Shown here in pieces: positions 1 to 8,938 of a DNA stretch of 64,000 nucleotides. Each line of letters opens with the position of its first letter. Positions within the stretch are counted from its first letter, which is position 1. The notes under the pieces are model-generated. The model saw only the letters and a program-made list of their open reading frames with translations, had not been told where the DNA came from and ran no database searches. Source of the DNA: Bacteroidales bacterium (GTDB lineage: Bacteria; Bacteroidota; Bacteroidia; Bacteroidales; JAAUTT01); contig DATALJ010000108.1 in the NCBI GenBank assembly GCA_036261135.1, forward strand, positions 15,971 to 79,970. Direction: 5' to 3'. The position numbers were made by a program, and so were the translations under genes.

Positions 1-185
1 TTCAATATCTCGTTATACCTTCGTTTCTGTTCTGCCAAAAGAAGCGCCTGCTCCTCAGCCGTGTTTATCAATGCATTTTCCCCGGCAGCAGAAAGATGGT
101 CCTCATAACGATCCTGCGTAGGCGGGTATGCGTCGGGAGTCTTTATTAAAGTATTAGCTTCGGATGATTTATCGGTATCTTGCAT
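1..185 (-). CDS. hypothetical protein, N-terminal fragment (gene runs off the left edge)
   Basis: Own translation of the minus strand from the ATG at 185-183 gives MQDTDKSSEANTLIKTPDAYPPTQDRYEDHLSAAGENALINTAEEQALLLAEQKRRYNEIL. The frame stays open to position 1. No family recognised. Confidence 0.3.
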   Translation of the reverse strand, partial: MQDTDKSSEANTLIKTPDAYPPTQDRYEDHLSAAGENALINTAEEQALLLAEQKRRYNEIL

Positions 186-296
186 ATATGACTAGTTAGG
201 GGTTTGCAACGAAGGTGAAAATACTGATTAGTTAAGAGTTAACAATGAATCGTTCTAATCGATCAACTATTAACTCTTAACTATTTGACTATTTAA

Positions 297-974
297 CTAA
301 AATAGGAAAGTAATTCCAACATAAGCGCCATGCGATTGGCGGGATGCATTAACAACCACATTGTAGGATCCTTCTCCCGCATCATCGTTCATTTTCACGA
401 AGCCGAAAAAGCCTCTATAACCTAGGTCCAGTCGAACATTATGGTTACCAATGCCAAGGCCTGCACCATATGCAAAACCAATATCGCCCTTTTTCATTGC
501 TACAGTAGCGTTTAAGGTTCCTGTATTATCAGTTCCCGAGGTATTGAGGCGCGAACCTACATTAACACCAAATTGAGGACCAGCCACAAAATTCAGGTTT
601 ACGATGCCTGCTTTATTCGTATTTAGCGAAAGCAAAACAGGGATATTGATATAACGAAGCTTTACCGTGCGATCCAGGCTATTGTCTCTATAATCCTGCG
701 AAACCTGGTAATAATTAACTTCGCTTTGTATTCCCACATGCTGTCCGAAGTTAATTCCCAACATCACTCCAAATCCATGACGTACTTTAACTGAACCGTT
801 AATCACATCTCCGTTGGATGTTTGTACGTCAATGGACGAAAATGTGGGCATATAACGAAAACCCAGTTCAAGAACCGGTGCATGGTTCGAATCGTCCTGC
901 GCTACGGCAAAATTTGCAGTTAGCATAACAAATGCTGCTACAATGGCCATTTTAAATCTATTTCCTTTTTTCAT
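297..974 (-). CDS. outer-membrane beta-barrel protein (porin/OmpA-like barrel family)
   Basis: Signal peptide MKKGNRFKMAIVAAFVMLTANFAVAQ. Alternating Gly/aromatic beta-strand pattern and a C-terminal ...GITFLF ending in F. Confidence 0.6.
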   Translation of the reverse strand: MKKGNRFKMAIVAAFVMLTANFAVAQDDSNHAPVLELGFRYMPTFSSIDVQTSNGDVINGSVKVRHGFGVMLGINFGQHVGIQSEVNYYQVSQDYRDNSLDRTVKLRYINIPVLLSLNTNKAGIVNLNFVAGPQFGVNVGSRLNTSGTDNTGTLNATVAMKKGDIGFAYGAGLGIGNHNVRLDLGYRGFFGFVKMNDDAGEGSYNVVVNASRQSHGAYVGITFLF

Positions 975-1037
975 ATTGCTCGATTTTAAATTATTACTAT
1001 TGGTCGGGCTGGTTTTAATAATCAGCCATTAACTGTT

Positions 1038-1541
1038 TTACCTGAAAATGTAGGTGATTCCAAACTTGCCGCCCGCAAAGGCATTACTTCCGCCGAATTC
1101 AATATTGAGCCCTAAGTTGGGTTGAAAAAAGTATCGCCCGCCCACCTGAAGGCCCAGGCCAAGACCTGAAGAACCATCACCCGGATAATTGGAAGGAGTT
1201 GACCAAATGAAAAAGCCCAGGTTTAGTCCGGCATAGAAATCCCATTCGCTTGGAATGTTAAGCAGTGTATTGAAATGATAATTCCCATTTCCTGAAATTC
1301 CGATGATTGTGCTGTTATAACGTTTTCCACCTAGTCTTTCGTTGTAGAACCTGAACGATCCTTCGAAACCTAGTGTAAAATCCTTTCCTACACCGAAATC
1401 CATTCCTACATAAATGGGAATACCCCATCCGGAGGTTCCAACTCCTACGTTTAATTGTTTTCGTCCATTAGCTAATGGACTCTGGGCTACAACCGGCAAC
1501 ACCAATAAGGTAAGTAATACAACAATCAACAATTTTCTCAT
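1038..1541 (-). CDS. small outer-membrane beta-barrel protein
   Basis: Signal peptide MRKLLIVVLLTLLVLPVVAQ. Gly-rich amphipathic strands and a C-terminal GITYIFR. Confidence 0.5.
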   Translation of the reverse strand: MRKLLIVVLLTLLVLPVVAQSPLANGRKQLNVGVGTSGWGIPIYVGMDFGVGKDFTLGFEGSFRFYNERLGGKRYNSTIIGISGNGNYHFNTLLNIPSEWDFYAGLNLGFFIWSTPSNYPGDGSSGLGLGLQVGGRYFFQPNLGLNIEFGGSNAFAGGKFGITYIFR

Positions 1542-1705
1542 ACTTGCTACATTTCGTTACATTTCATTACTGAAAAACAGTAATACAAAGGTCTGCGCTA
1601 TTATTATGAATAGTATTACATGCGTTTTGCATTTAGTTACAAAATTCACACTTAGCCGCAAAAAGAAACACCTTCCGGTTTATCCGAAAGGTGCTCTGCT
1701 GTTGT

Positions 1706-2059
1706 TTATTTGTCCATCATATGCTTAATTGAGTCAGGTTTCATTCTTTTCTTCATATGCGAAGTGTCTCGTTGTATGTGTTTATGGCGGTTAATACTGG
1801 CGGTGTCCATAATTTCCTTCTTCATTTTGGTTCGATCCTTAGGCGTAGCTTGCTGAGGCTCCTTTTGCAGTTCGAGTGTCATCCCGCATCGTGGGCATTT
1901 CCCTGGCTTTGTTTGATGAACATCGGGATGCATGGGGCAGGTATATACTTTCTGCTTTTGCCCGGTTTGGGTATTCGTTTGTCCAAACGAGCCCGACTGT
2001 AAGCTAAACAGCAATATTCCAACGATAAGTATTTTTGTATAAAGGAACGATGTCTTCAT
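1706..2059 (-). CDS. secreted heavy-metal-binding-domain (HMBD) protein
   Basis: Motif YTCPMHPDV...KPGKCPRCGMTL matches the YxCPMHP...CPxCGM metal-binding domain seen at the N-termini of CusB-type proteins. The start was moved to the internal Met (MKTSFLYTKILIVGILLFSLQSGSFGQ), which gives a signal peptide. The ORF itself extends to 2101. Confidence 0.65.
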   Translation of the reverse strand: MKTSFLYTKILIVGILLFSLQSGSFGQTNTQTGQKQKVYTCPMHPDVHQTKPGKCPRCGMTLELQKEPQQATPKDRTKMKKEIMDTASINRHKHIQRDTSHMKKRMKPDSIKHMMDK

Positions 2060-2102
2060 AATAAAATTGATTAATGATTGTTTGCAAATTGTAATCTTCA
2101 AA

Positions 2103-2582
2103 TTATTTACCCGTATCTATTTTCTTTGTAGGTACAATAAACAGAGGTACAGACGACCGATGCAGAATCTCTTCTGAAACGCTTCCCATGAGGATCTGGT
2201 CAAGCCAACGACGGCTGTGCGTACCCATAACAATAATATCGGCTCTAATACGGGCGGCAGTATTAATTATTCCCCCGGCTGTATCGCCCTTTTCTACAAT
2301 GGTACGGATACTTTCGTCGCCCAGGTATTTCTTAAAATTATCGAGGAAGTACTGCGCTGCATTAGAAAGCTCATCGGCATTTACCATTTGGGAAAATGTG
2401 GCTTCGCTATACCCGGTAAAACCAGTAATTGGCGAATAATCAAGCGAAGAATAATAGGTATCGTCTACGGTAACATGGAGTAGAAAAACTTCAGCCCCGA
2501 TTCCACGGGCTAATTCATAACCAGCCTGGGCCACTTTACGGGCCGTAGGATCAAAATCGAGCGTTATTAATACTTTCTTCAT
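2103..2582 (-). CDS. universal stress protein (UspA family)
   Basis: 159 aa with MKKVLITLDF...FLLHV...IIVMGTHSRRWLDQILMGSVSEEILHRSSVPLFIVP, a typical Usp ATP-binding fold signature. Confidence 0.85.
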   Translation of the reverse strand: MKKVLITLDFDPTARKVAQAGYELARGIGAEVFLLHVTVDDTYYSSLDYSPITGFTGYSEATFSQMVNADELSNAAQYFLDNFKKYLGDESIRTIVEKGDTAGGIINTAARIRADIIVMGTHSRRWLDQILMGSVSEEILHRSSVPLFIVPTKKIDTGK

Positions 2583-2598
2583 AATACTAAAGCTTTAA

Positions 2599-3705
2599 TT
2601 AGGGAGTCTCTTTTTTCACGCGGGGTTTTGGAGTGTCTACTACGGGCATATCGTCGCCTAACAAATATCCCCAGGGTTTCAGCTGCTCAATATGCTCAAA
2701 AATAAGTTTCACAATGGCAGTTAGAGGTATGGATAAAAACATACCAGGAATTCCCCACAATGCCGAAAAAGCGATAACTACAAATATGGATACGAGTGCA
2801 TTTATGCGAACCTGAGAAGCTACAATACGAGGAACAATTATATTATTATCGATAAACTGAACAACAATGTAAACACCCATTACCAGCAAAGCATACCACA
2901 AGGAAGGCTTAGTTGCAACTGCAACCAGCATGGGCAACGCTGCAGCAATCCATGCACCCACATATGGAATTAGATTCAGGAATGCTCCCAAAACACCGAA
3001 AAAAATAGCATAATCGATACCAAGAATAAGCAGACCTGTCGTAAACAGGATTGCAATAATTCCGGTTTCCATCATTAAGCCCACTAAATATCGCTGAATA
3101 AGCATTTTAATGTCTGAAATTATCCCATGTACCTCAACTCGACGGTCAGCTCCGAATAAGCGGCTAAAAAATTCGAGAACCAACGGGTGATAGAACAAAA
3201 TCATAAAAATGTAGACAGGAATTAAAAGCAAGAGTATTAAGCCACTGCCAACACCAATTATTGTCTTTCCAATAAAGGCACTGCTCGTATTCAGCATTTC
3301 ACCCCGTGTTTTTTCTACCCAGTTATTTATCTTTTTCTCGCTTATATCAAAGTGTCCGGAAGCATATGTGGTTGCCTGGTTAACAACATCGGCCAGTTTA
3401 TCAATTAGCTTTGGAACCGATTCGCTTAACATTCCGGTTTTGGAAAACAAGAACAAGGCAATACCTGCGAAAACCAAAATAGCCATGGTAATTGTAAGTA
3501 CAATAGCAAAAACCCGGTTCATGCGCCACTGTATTAATTTATTTACTACCGGATGGAGCAAGCTGGCAGCAATAGCGGCAAAAATCAATGGCAGAATTAT
3601 GCCTTGAGCTAAGTACAATATGTAAACAAAGGCATACAAACCAATTAAAATGATCGATGCCTTTGCATAAAACGGAAGTTTTATTTCTTTACCATTGTTA
3701 TTCAC
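2599..3705 (-). CDS. AI-2E family transporter (PerM/UPF0118)
   Basis: Polytopic membrane protein with a C-terminal ...ALWGIPGMFLSIPLTAIVKLIFEHIE typical of the AI-2E family. The ORF extends to 3786 but would then overlap the upstream gene. The GTG at 3705 (giving MNNNGKEIKLPFYAK...) is proposed as the start and is uncertain. Confidence 0.75.
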   Translation of the reverse strand: MNNNGKEIKLPFYAKASIILIGLYAFVYILYLAQGIILPLIFAAIAASLLHPVVNKLIQWRMNRVFAIVLTITMAILVFAGIALFLFSKTGMLSESVPKLIDKLADVVNQATTYASGHFDISEKKINNWVEKTRGEMLNTSSAFIGKTIIGVGSGLILLLLIPVYIFMILFYHPLVLEFFSRLFGADRRVEVHGIISDIKMLIQRYLVGLMMETGIIAILFTTGLLILGIDYAIFFGVLGAFLNLIPYVGAWIAAALPMLVAVATKPSLWYALLVMGVYIVVQFIDNNIIVPRIVASQVRINALVSIFVVIAFSALWGIPGMFLSIPLTAIVKLIFEHIEQLKPWGYLLGDDMPVVDTPKPRVKKETP

Positions 3706-3736
3706 AAGGATGATGATTTGAGAAACATTGTACCAA

Positions 3737-4159
3737 CTAATTTGGGGATGGTTCAAAAATGGCAGTAGAAACAGTAAGCAATACAACGCTTTCGTCGATA
3801 GCAGCCAGACAATACTTCACATTTTCGTGTAATGTAAGCACTTGTCCACGTTCAAGCATAACCGTTTCCTTACTTGTTCTGAACTTCAATTTCCCCTGAA
3901 CGACCTGAAATGTAACTGAAGCACTCGATTGAAAGGATTCAATTTCCACGTTCTTTTTCATTGTTGTGAGAACAAGCTGCCGATCCGGTTTTTTCAACAG
4001 TATCATTGAATTCAGTCCTTTTCTCCTCGCTTTTGGAGAGTCGTTCCTTAACTTTTCAATGAGCAGTGGCAAATCAGATGTAGATAACAGAGAATCGTAA
4101 ACCGAATAGCCCTTCTTTAGCGAAGGTTTGGGTTCTAGCACGTCAGTTTCCATATGCAA
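3737..4159 (-). CDS. hypothetical protein, cupin-like fold
   Basis: 140 aa. The C-terminal half (VTFQVVQGKLKFRTSKETVMLERGQVLTLHENVKYCLAAIDESVVLLTV) reads like a cupin beta-barrel. No metal-binding His motif was seen. Confidence 0.4.
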   Translation of the reverse strand: MHMETDVLEPKPSLKKGYSVYDSLLSTSDLPLLIEKLRNDSPKARRKGLNSMILLKKPDRQLVLTTMKKNVEIESFQSSASVTFQVVQGKLKFRTSKETVMLERGQVLTLHENVKYCLAAIDESVVLLTVSTAIFEPSPN

Positions 4160-4192
4160 ATCTGGTTTTATATGAATTTAATCGTTCTTCCG

Positions 4193-4450
4193 CTAGGACA
4201 TTGCTCGTTTTGCAGCTTTAATTTTCTCGCTGGCAAATCGTGTAGCTTCTTCCTTAGCCATGTCAATCTTTTCGGAGATATCATCTTTCAAATCGCCGAT
4301 GGATTCTTTTATGTTCTCGGCATACGCTTCACCTTTTTTAATGATTCGGCGCCGGGTGCTCGATCCTTTTGCAGGAGCAAACAATACTCCCAATAAGGCT
4401 CCTACTGCTAAACCAGCTAATACGCTGGCTACAACTTTTCCTCCATTCAT
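4193..4450 (-). CDS. YtxH domain-containing protein
   Basis: N-terminal TM helix VVASVLAGLAVGALLGVLFAPAKGSSTRR followed by a charged helical tail. This is the typical YtxH general-stress protein layout. Confidence 0.75.
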   Translation of the reverse strand: MNGGKVVASVLAGLAVGALLGVLFAPAKGSSTRRRIIKKGEAYAENIKESIGDLKDDISEKIDMAKEEATRFASEKIKAAKRAMS

Positions 4451-4473
4451 AATCGTATGTTTTAAGGTTTATA

Positions 4474-4629
4474 CTAAATATCCCGTCGTCCGGAAATAAG
4501 ACGTAACAAAACAGCTATAACTGCTATTACCAGAAGAATGTGAATAATGCTTCCGGCATGAAAGCCGAACAAACCAATAAGCCATGCAATGACTAGTATT
4601 ACGGCAATAATGTATAGAAGATTTCCCAT
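4474..4629 (-). CDS. lmo0937-family small membrane protein (51 aa, below the ORF-track cutoff)
   Basis: Own translation gives MGNLLYIIAVILVIAWLIGLFGFHAGSIIHILLVIAVIAVLLRLISGRRDI*. Two TM helices and the GxxIHILLVIAxIxxxLRxIxGRR ending resemble the lmo0937 family. It lies 23 nt upstream of ytxH on the same strand. Confidence 0.65.
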   Translation of the reverse strand: MGNLLYIIAVILVIAWLIGLFGFHAGSIIHILLVIAVIAVLLRLISGRRDI

Positions 4630-4845
4630 AATTGTTGAGTTTTAATGATTAAACAAATGCTAATACTTTGATTACTGTTTTACTTTAAGTAGAACTTAAT
4701 GACGGGTAAAATCAATAATTTACATTACAAAGGTGGAACTCTTTCAAATAATGTGCGTTACAAAACTTTTATTATTAATTATAACATTCACACATTTCAC
4801 AACAAATGACGCGTTTTATTAAACAAAATGATTTTTCAAGAGATT

Positions 4846-4985
4846 TGTCATTCCGGCGAAGGCTTATAGCCGTCAATCTAAGCGCGCGTTGAATTGCCGT
4901 TGACTTTAGTCAAGGGCTTGTAATTATTAAAATAATAAGGCTTTAGCCGAAATTATTTAAAGTTTGGCTAAAGCCAGGTTGACCC
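4846..4985. repeat. REP/MITE-like structured repeat, long form, truncated copy (left terminus only)
   Basis: Starts with TGTCATTCCGGCGAAGGC. It shares a ~110-nt core with 16857-17025, including GTTGAATTGCCGTTGACTTTAGTCAA and the hairpin GGCTTTAGCC-17nt-GGCTAAAGCC. No matching right terminus. Confidence 0.7.
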
Positions 4986-5030
4986 ACTTATTACTTACCA
5001 TCTAAAGCAGGTGGCAATTCATATCAGCTA

Positions 5031-5441
5031 CTATCCTTCCTTCGGTAAGGCGCTCATGTCCATGTACACGACCTCCCATTGATGGCCGTCCAGATCGGCA
5101 AAGCTGTGTCCGTAAATCCAGCCATGATCTTCAGGATCGCGGTAAATGAGTCCTCCTGCATTCTGTGCTTTCCGGACGAGTTCATCTACCTCGGACCTCG
5201 ATGCTGCATCAATTGCAATTATAACTTCGGTACTATCCTTCGCGCTACTAATGGGTTTGTTCGTAAATGTTTTAAAAAATGGCTCAGCCAGAAGCATGGC
5301 AAAAATATTATTGCCAATAACCATGCAAGCGCCATTCTCGTCGGTAAACTGGGGATTAAAGCTGAATCCCAGTTGTGTAAAGAAATCCATTGATTTTTGA
5401 AGATCCTTAACCGGAAGGTTTATAAAGATTTGTGTTGCCAT
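5031..5441 (-). CDS. VOC (glyoxalase/bleomycin-resistance/dioxygenase) family protein
   Basis: 136 aa with MATQIFINLPVKDLQKSMDFFTQLGF...DPEDHGWIYGHSFADLDGHQWEVVYMD, a typical VOC fold signature. Confidence 0.8.
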   Translation of the reverse strand: MATQIFINLPVKDLQKSMDFFTQLGFSFNPQFTDENGACMVIGNNIFAMLLAEPFFKTFTNKPISSAKDSTEVIIAIDAASRSEVDELVRKAQNAGGLIYRDPEDHGWIYGHSFADLDGHQWEVVYMDMSALPKEG

Positions 5442-5600
5442 AATATAGGGTTTAGGTGTTTACCTATATACAATTTTGGTTACCGTTTGTTAAAAGCATA
5501 CAATAAGTAACCGTTTAAATCAAATAGATAATTATAATTCAATCAATTACATTAATGAAAAAAAATAGTAAAAAAAAGAAACACTGTAAGAAATAATACG

Positions 5601-5625
5601 TATTTTTGCATACCGCTTGTGCGGT
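5601..5625 (+). promoter_or_regulatory. candidate -7 box (TATTTTTG) abutting a palindromic operator ACCGCTTGTGCGGT upstream of tetR
   Basis: TATTTTTG at 5601-5608 fits the Bacteroides-type TAnnTTTG -7 consensus. The 14-bp palindrome at 5612-5625 recurs at 6267-6280. Confidence 0.45.
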
Positions 5626-5643
5626 TTTTTAAGATTAACACAA

Positions 5644-6240
5644 ATGAAAGATACAAAAGACATTATCCTGAAAACAGCCTACGATATGTTCTTATACAGT
5701 AACTACGAGGCTGTAACCATACGCAATATTATTAAAGCTACAGGTCTCACCAAAGGCGCAATCTATCATTATTACGAAAGCAAAGAAGAACTTTTCAAGG
5801 CTGTTGTTGATAAATATATGCTCGAAAACCTTGAGGATAGCGATGTAACTTATGATAAGCTTAAAGACATAATTCAACATACCATAGATACAATTAAAGG
5901 AAAAACCAATGGAATGCTAATAGAAAGCGGATCTTCGCAAATCATTCTGCCAATTAATTATATCTCGCTTATGGTTTCTGCATATCGTTACTACCCTGAT
6001 TATGAAAAAATTGGAAGAACATTTTTTAAGCGAAAAATGGGAAAATGGGAACAAACCATTAAAACAGCTATAGAAAAAGGAGAAATTCGCCAGGACACAG
6101 ATATAAGAGCTACTGTGGCTACATTTATGCAAGTAAGCACTGGAATTGTAGCTAATATGATGATGGGTGGTTCAATTACCTATGCACTTAATATGCTCGA
6201 ACGCCAATTTTGGGAACTATATAAAAACATTAAAAAGTAA
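5644..6240 (+). CDS. TetR/AcrR family transcriptional regulator
   Basis: N-terminal HTH ILKTAYDMFLYSNYEAVTIRNIIKATGLTKGAIYHYYESKEELF. The start was moved to the ATG at 5644 because the 5617 start lies inside the operator/promoter. Confidence 0.85.
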   Translation: MKDTKDIILKTAYDMFLYSNYEAVTIRNIIKATGLTKGAIYHYYESKEELFKAVVDKYMLENLEDSDVTYDKLKDIIQHTIDTIKGKTNGMLIESGSSQIILPINYISLMVSAYRYYPDYEKIGRTFFKRKMGKWEQTIKTAIEKGEIRQDTDIRATVATFMQVSTGIVANMMMGGSITYALNMLERQFWELYKNIKK

Positions 6241-6263
6241 ACAATATTTTTTTTGTCCAAAAA

Positions 6264-6284
6264 CATACCGCCTGTGCGGTTTTA
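6264..6284 (+). promoter_or_regulatory. second copy of the palindromic operator candidate (CATACCGCCTGTGCGGTTTT), upstream of the TolC-like gene
   Basis: ACCGCCTGTGCGGT at 6267-6280. The flanks CAT...TTTT are shared with the 5609-5629 copy. Confidence 0.45.
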
Positions 6285-6313
6285 TAAAAACAAATTGCAA
6301 TTATAATAACCAT

Positions 6314-7720
6314 ATGAAAATCAAAACAATCGTCATTTATTCTGTACTAGGTTTAAGTTTGGTTTGCACCCAGTTATCGGCGCAAACCAAACTTCCGGAT
6401 CTTATCTCCTACTCCCTGGAACATAGTCGGGATATTAAAAAAGCTGAGTTGCAGCACAAAGAAGCCTCCTATTTATACAAGGAAGTTCGAGGGAACGGCC
6501 TTCCACAAATAGAAGCAACCGCAAGTTATAGTAAGATGATGCTTCCTGAAATTGAGATACCTGGCGGTGCCGGAGATCGATTGGGAGGCATGCTGGACAT
6601 GATAATTAACGAAAACGTAAGCGCCGATACCAAGCAGGCGTTGAAAGACCAGCTTACCGGATCGCTGAACGGACTTTCCGGCTTGGATGCTTTATACACC
6701 GCCAGTGCTGGTATACAAGTTACACAGCTTATCTACAGCCAATCGTACTGGACTGGTCTGAAAACAGCAAAGAAAACAAAGGAACTGTATGCTCTCCTGA
6801 AAACAAAAACAGAAGAGGACGTGATAGCCGAAGTTGCCTCAGGTTATTATCAAGCAGGCTCTTTGATGCTGCAACTGCAAACGATTAATAAATCATTGGA
6901 CAACCTGAAAGAAATCCATCGCATTGCTGAGCTGAGCTACAAAAACGACTTAACAAAAGAAACCAATGTGAACCGATTAAAAGTTAGCATTTCGAACTTG
7001 CAGGTAACCCGACAAACCATACAAAATGGCATTACCATACAGTTGAATTACCTGAAAGCGCTTGCAGGTATGCCTTCCGACACGCTGATTGCTATAGATA
7101 CAACCGCGATGATCACTGATTTTGTAGCAAGCAGGAACGACGCTTCTTTCAGCGTAAATAATGTTCCCTCCTTCCAGGTTCTATTGAAACAAAATGAGGT
7201 GTACGGTCAACAAATTAAAAGTAGTCAGGCCAAGTATTATCCCACACTTGCAGCATTCGGACAGTTCAACTTCTCATCATATAGTACAACAGGAAGTATC
7301 GACAGGCTCAGTAACATGAATACCATAGGATTGAACTTATCGGTACCCATTTTCACTTCGGGCGTAAACAGTTCGAAGGTTAAACAAGCCAAACTCAAGC
7401 AGGCCCAATTGCAGGAAGACATCCTGAAAACCCAGGACCTGCTCACTGTGAATTACAACAACGCATACCTCGAATATCAGACATCGCGCGACATGCTGGC
7501 TGCACAAAAAGAAAACCGCGAGCTTGCTCAAAAAGTATATAATCAAACCTCGTTGCAATATCAGGAAGGTATGGCATCTATGGCCGACCTTCTTAATGTG
7601 AATTCGGACTTCCTGCAAGCCGATAATTCATACAACCAACAGGTTCTGAAATGCAAAACATCCGAAATCAATATGCTAAAGGCTTCGGGTAATCTTAAAT
7701 CATTAGTAAACAATAAATAA
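6314..7720 (+). CDS. TolC-family outer-membrane efflux protein
   Basis: Signal peptide MKIKTIVIYSVLGLSLVCTQLSAQ beginning at the ATG at 6314. Two repeated coiled-coil/barrel halves typical of OMFs. First gene of the efflux operon. Confidence 0.85.
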   Translation: MKIKTIVIYSVLGLSLVCTQLSAQTKLPDLISYSLEHSRDIKKAELQHKEASYLYKEVRGNGLPQIEATASYSKMMLPEIEIPGGAGDRLGGMLDMIINENVSADTKQALKDQLTGSLNGLSGLDALYTASAGIQVTQLIYSQSYWTGLKTAKKTKELYALLKTKTEEDVIAEVASGYYQAGSLMLQLQTINKSLDNLKEIHRIAELSYKNDLTKETNVNRLKVSISNLQVTRQTIQNGITIQLNYLKALAGMPSDTLIAIDTTAMITDFVASRNDASFSVNNVPSFQVLLKQNEVYGQQIKSSQAKYYPTLAAFGQFNFSSYSTTGSIDRLSNMNTIGLNLSVPIFTSGVNSSKVKQAKLKQAQLQEDILKTQDLLTVNYNNAYLEYQTSRDMLAAQKENRELAQKVYNQTSLQYQEGMASMADLLNVNSDFLQADNSYNQQVLKCKTSEINMLKASGNLKSLVNNK

Positions 7721-7760
7721 ATCATCCGCGAAAGCTCAAAGGGGATAACACTCGCAAGAT

Positions 7761-7827
7761 GTCATTCCGGCGCAGGCCGGAATCCCTTAACAACGGAGCT
7801 ACGGAGGCCGGCCTACGCCGGAATGAC
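7761..7827. repeat. REP-like hairpin element, short form
   Basis: GTCATTCCGGCGCAGGCCGG ... CCGGCCTACGCCGGAATGAC forms 20-nt terminal inverted repeats with 1 mismatch. It lies between the TolC and MFP genes. Confidence 0.75.
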
Positions 7828-7852
7828 AAATGAAACGCAAAAAAAAGAAAAT

Positions 7853-8917
7853 ATGAAAAGCAAAAGAACACGCATCATTGTAATCGCAGTTTTAGCTATG
7901 GCTGCTTTCTTTATGGTAGTAAGATTAAAGAGTAACAAAAAGCAATTTCAGGACGACATTGCCTTCTCTCAGCGTAAAATAGAAAAGATACCTGTAACCA
8001 TCGAAAAAGCTTCGAAAGGAATCATGTCGGAAAACGTAATTGCCACTGGTACTTTAGAAGCCGCCGATGTGTTAAATGTAATATCTGAAACCCAAGGAAA
8101 AATCGTGAAAATATACAAGGAAAAAGGCGACCATGTGAAAGCCGGCGACGTTCTTGTTAAAGTAGACGATGAAGTAATTGCTGCGAACGTACTTACAGCT
8201 GAAGCCAATTATGAACAATTCCAGAAAGATGTAGAACGCTTTACCCGTCTTGCAGTAGAAAATGCCATAACCAAACGCGACTTAGAACAGGCTAACATTG
8301 GTTTAAAGAAAGCCAAGGCAGACCTTACTACGGCTCAAAAAGCACTGAGCAATACCGCTATTAAAGCTCCCATTTCTGGCTACATCAATAGCGACAATGT
8401 TACACTCGGCCAATTTATTGCCGGTGGCTCTACAATTTGCGAAATTGTGAATAACAGCACGCTAAAGCTCAATATTCGCATATCCGAAAAAGAAGTGTAC
8501 CGCATCAGCAAAGGACAGAACGTGGTTGTACACCTGTCGGTTTTCCCCGATAAGAAATTCAGCGGAAAGATCACTGCCATAACCGAAAAAGCCGATGCTT
8601 CCATGAAATTCAATGTTGAGATTACGTTGAACAACAACGCACAGGCCCAACTCAGGAGCGGACTTTATGCCGAAGCTGAGCTTCCCATTAAAAACCAGGA
8701 AAACCTGATCATCAGCAAACGTTGCATTGTTGGAAGTATGGAAAGCCCAGTAGTATACGTTGTCGAAAATGGCAAAGCAATACGCCGCGAGCTGATTGTT
8801 GGACAAAGCAACGATAAACTCATAGAAGTACTCAGCGGTCTGGTTGAAGGCGACCAGGTAATTGTAAGCGGACAGCTCAATTTGAAAGATGGCGACGATG
8901 TAAATGTCGTTAAATAA
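7853..8917 (+). CDS. efflux RND transporter periplasmic adaptor subunit (MFP/HlyD family)
   Basis: N-terminal anchor RIIVIAVLAMAAFFMVV plus a lipoyl/barrel-sandwich pattern (GDHVKAGDVLVKVDD...IKAPISGYI). The ATG at 7823 lies inside the REP hairpin, so the ATG at 7853 is preferred. Confidence 0.85.
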   Translation: MKSKRTRIIVIAVLAMAAFFMVVRLKSNKKQFQDDIAFSQRKIEKIPVTIEKASKGIMSENVIATGTLEAADVLNVISETQGKIVKIYKEKGDHVKAGDVLVKVDDEVIAANVLTAEANYEQFQKDVERFTRLAVENAITKRDLEQANIGLKKAKADLTTAQKALSNTAIKAPISGYINSDNVTLGQFIAGGSTICEIVNNSTLKLNIRISEKEVYRISKGQNVVVHLSVFPDKKFSGKITAITEKADASMKFNVEITLNNNAQAQLRSGLYAEAELPIKNQENLIISKRCIVGSMESPVVYVVENGKAIRRELIVGQSNDKLIEVLSGLVEGDQVIVSGQLNLKDGDDVNVVK

Positions 8918-8938
8918 ATAGTTTAACAGATAGAAAAT

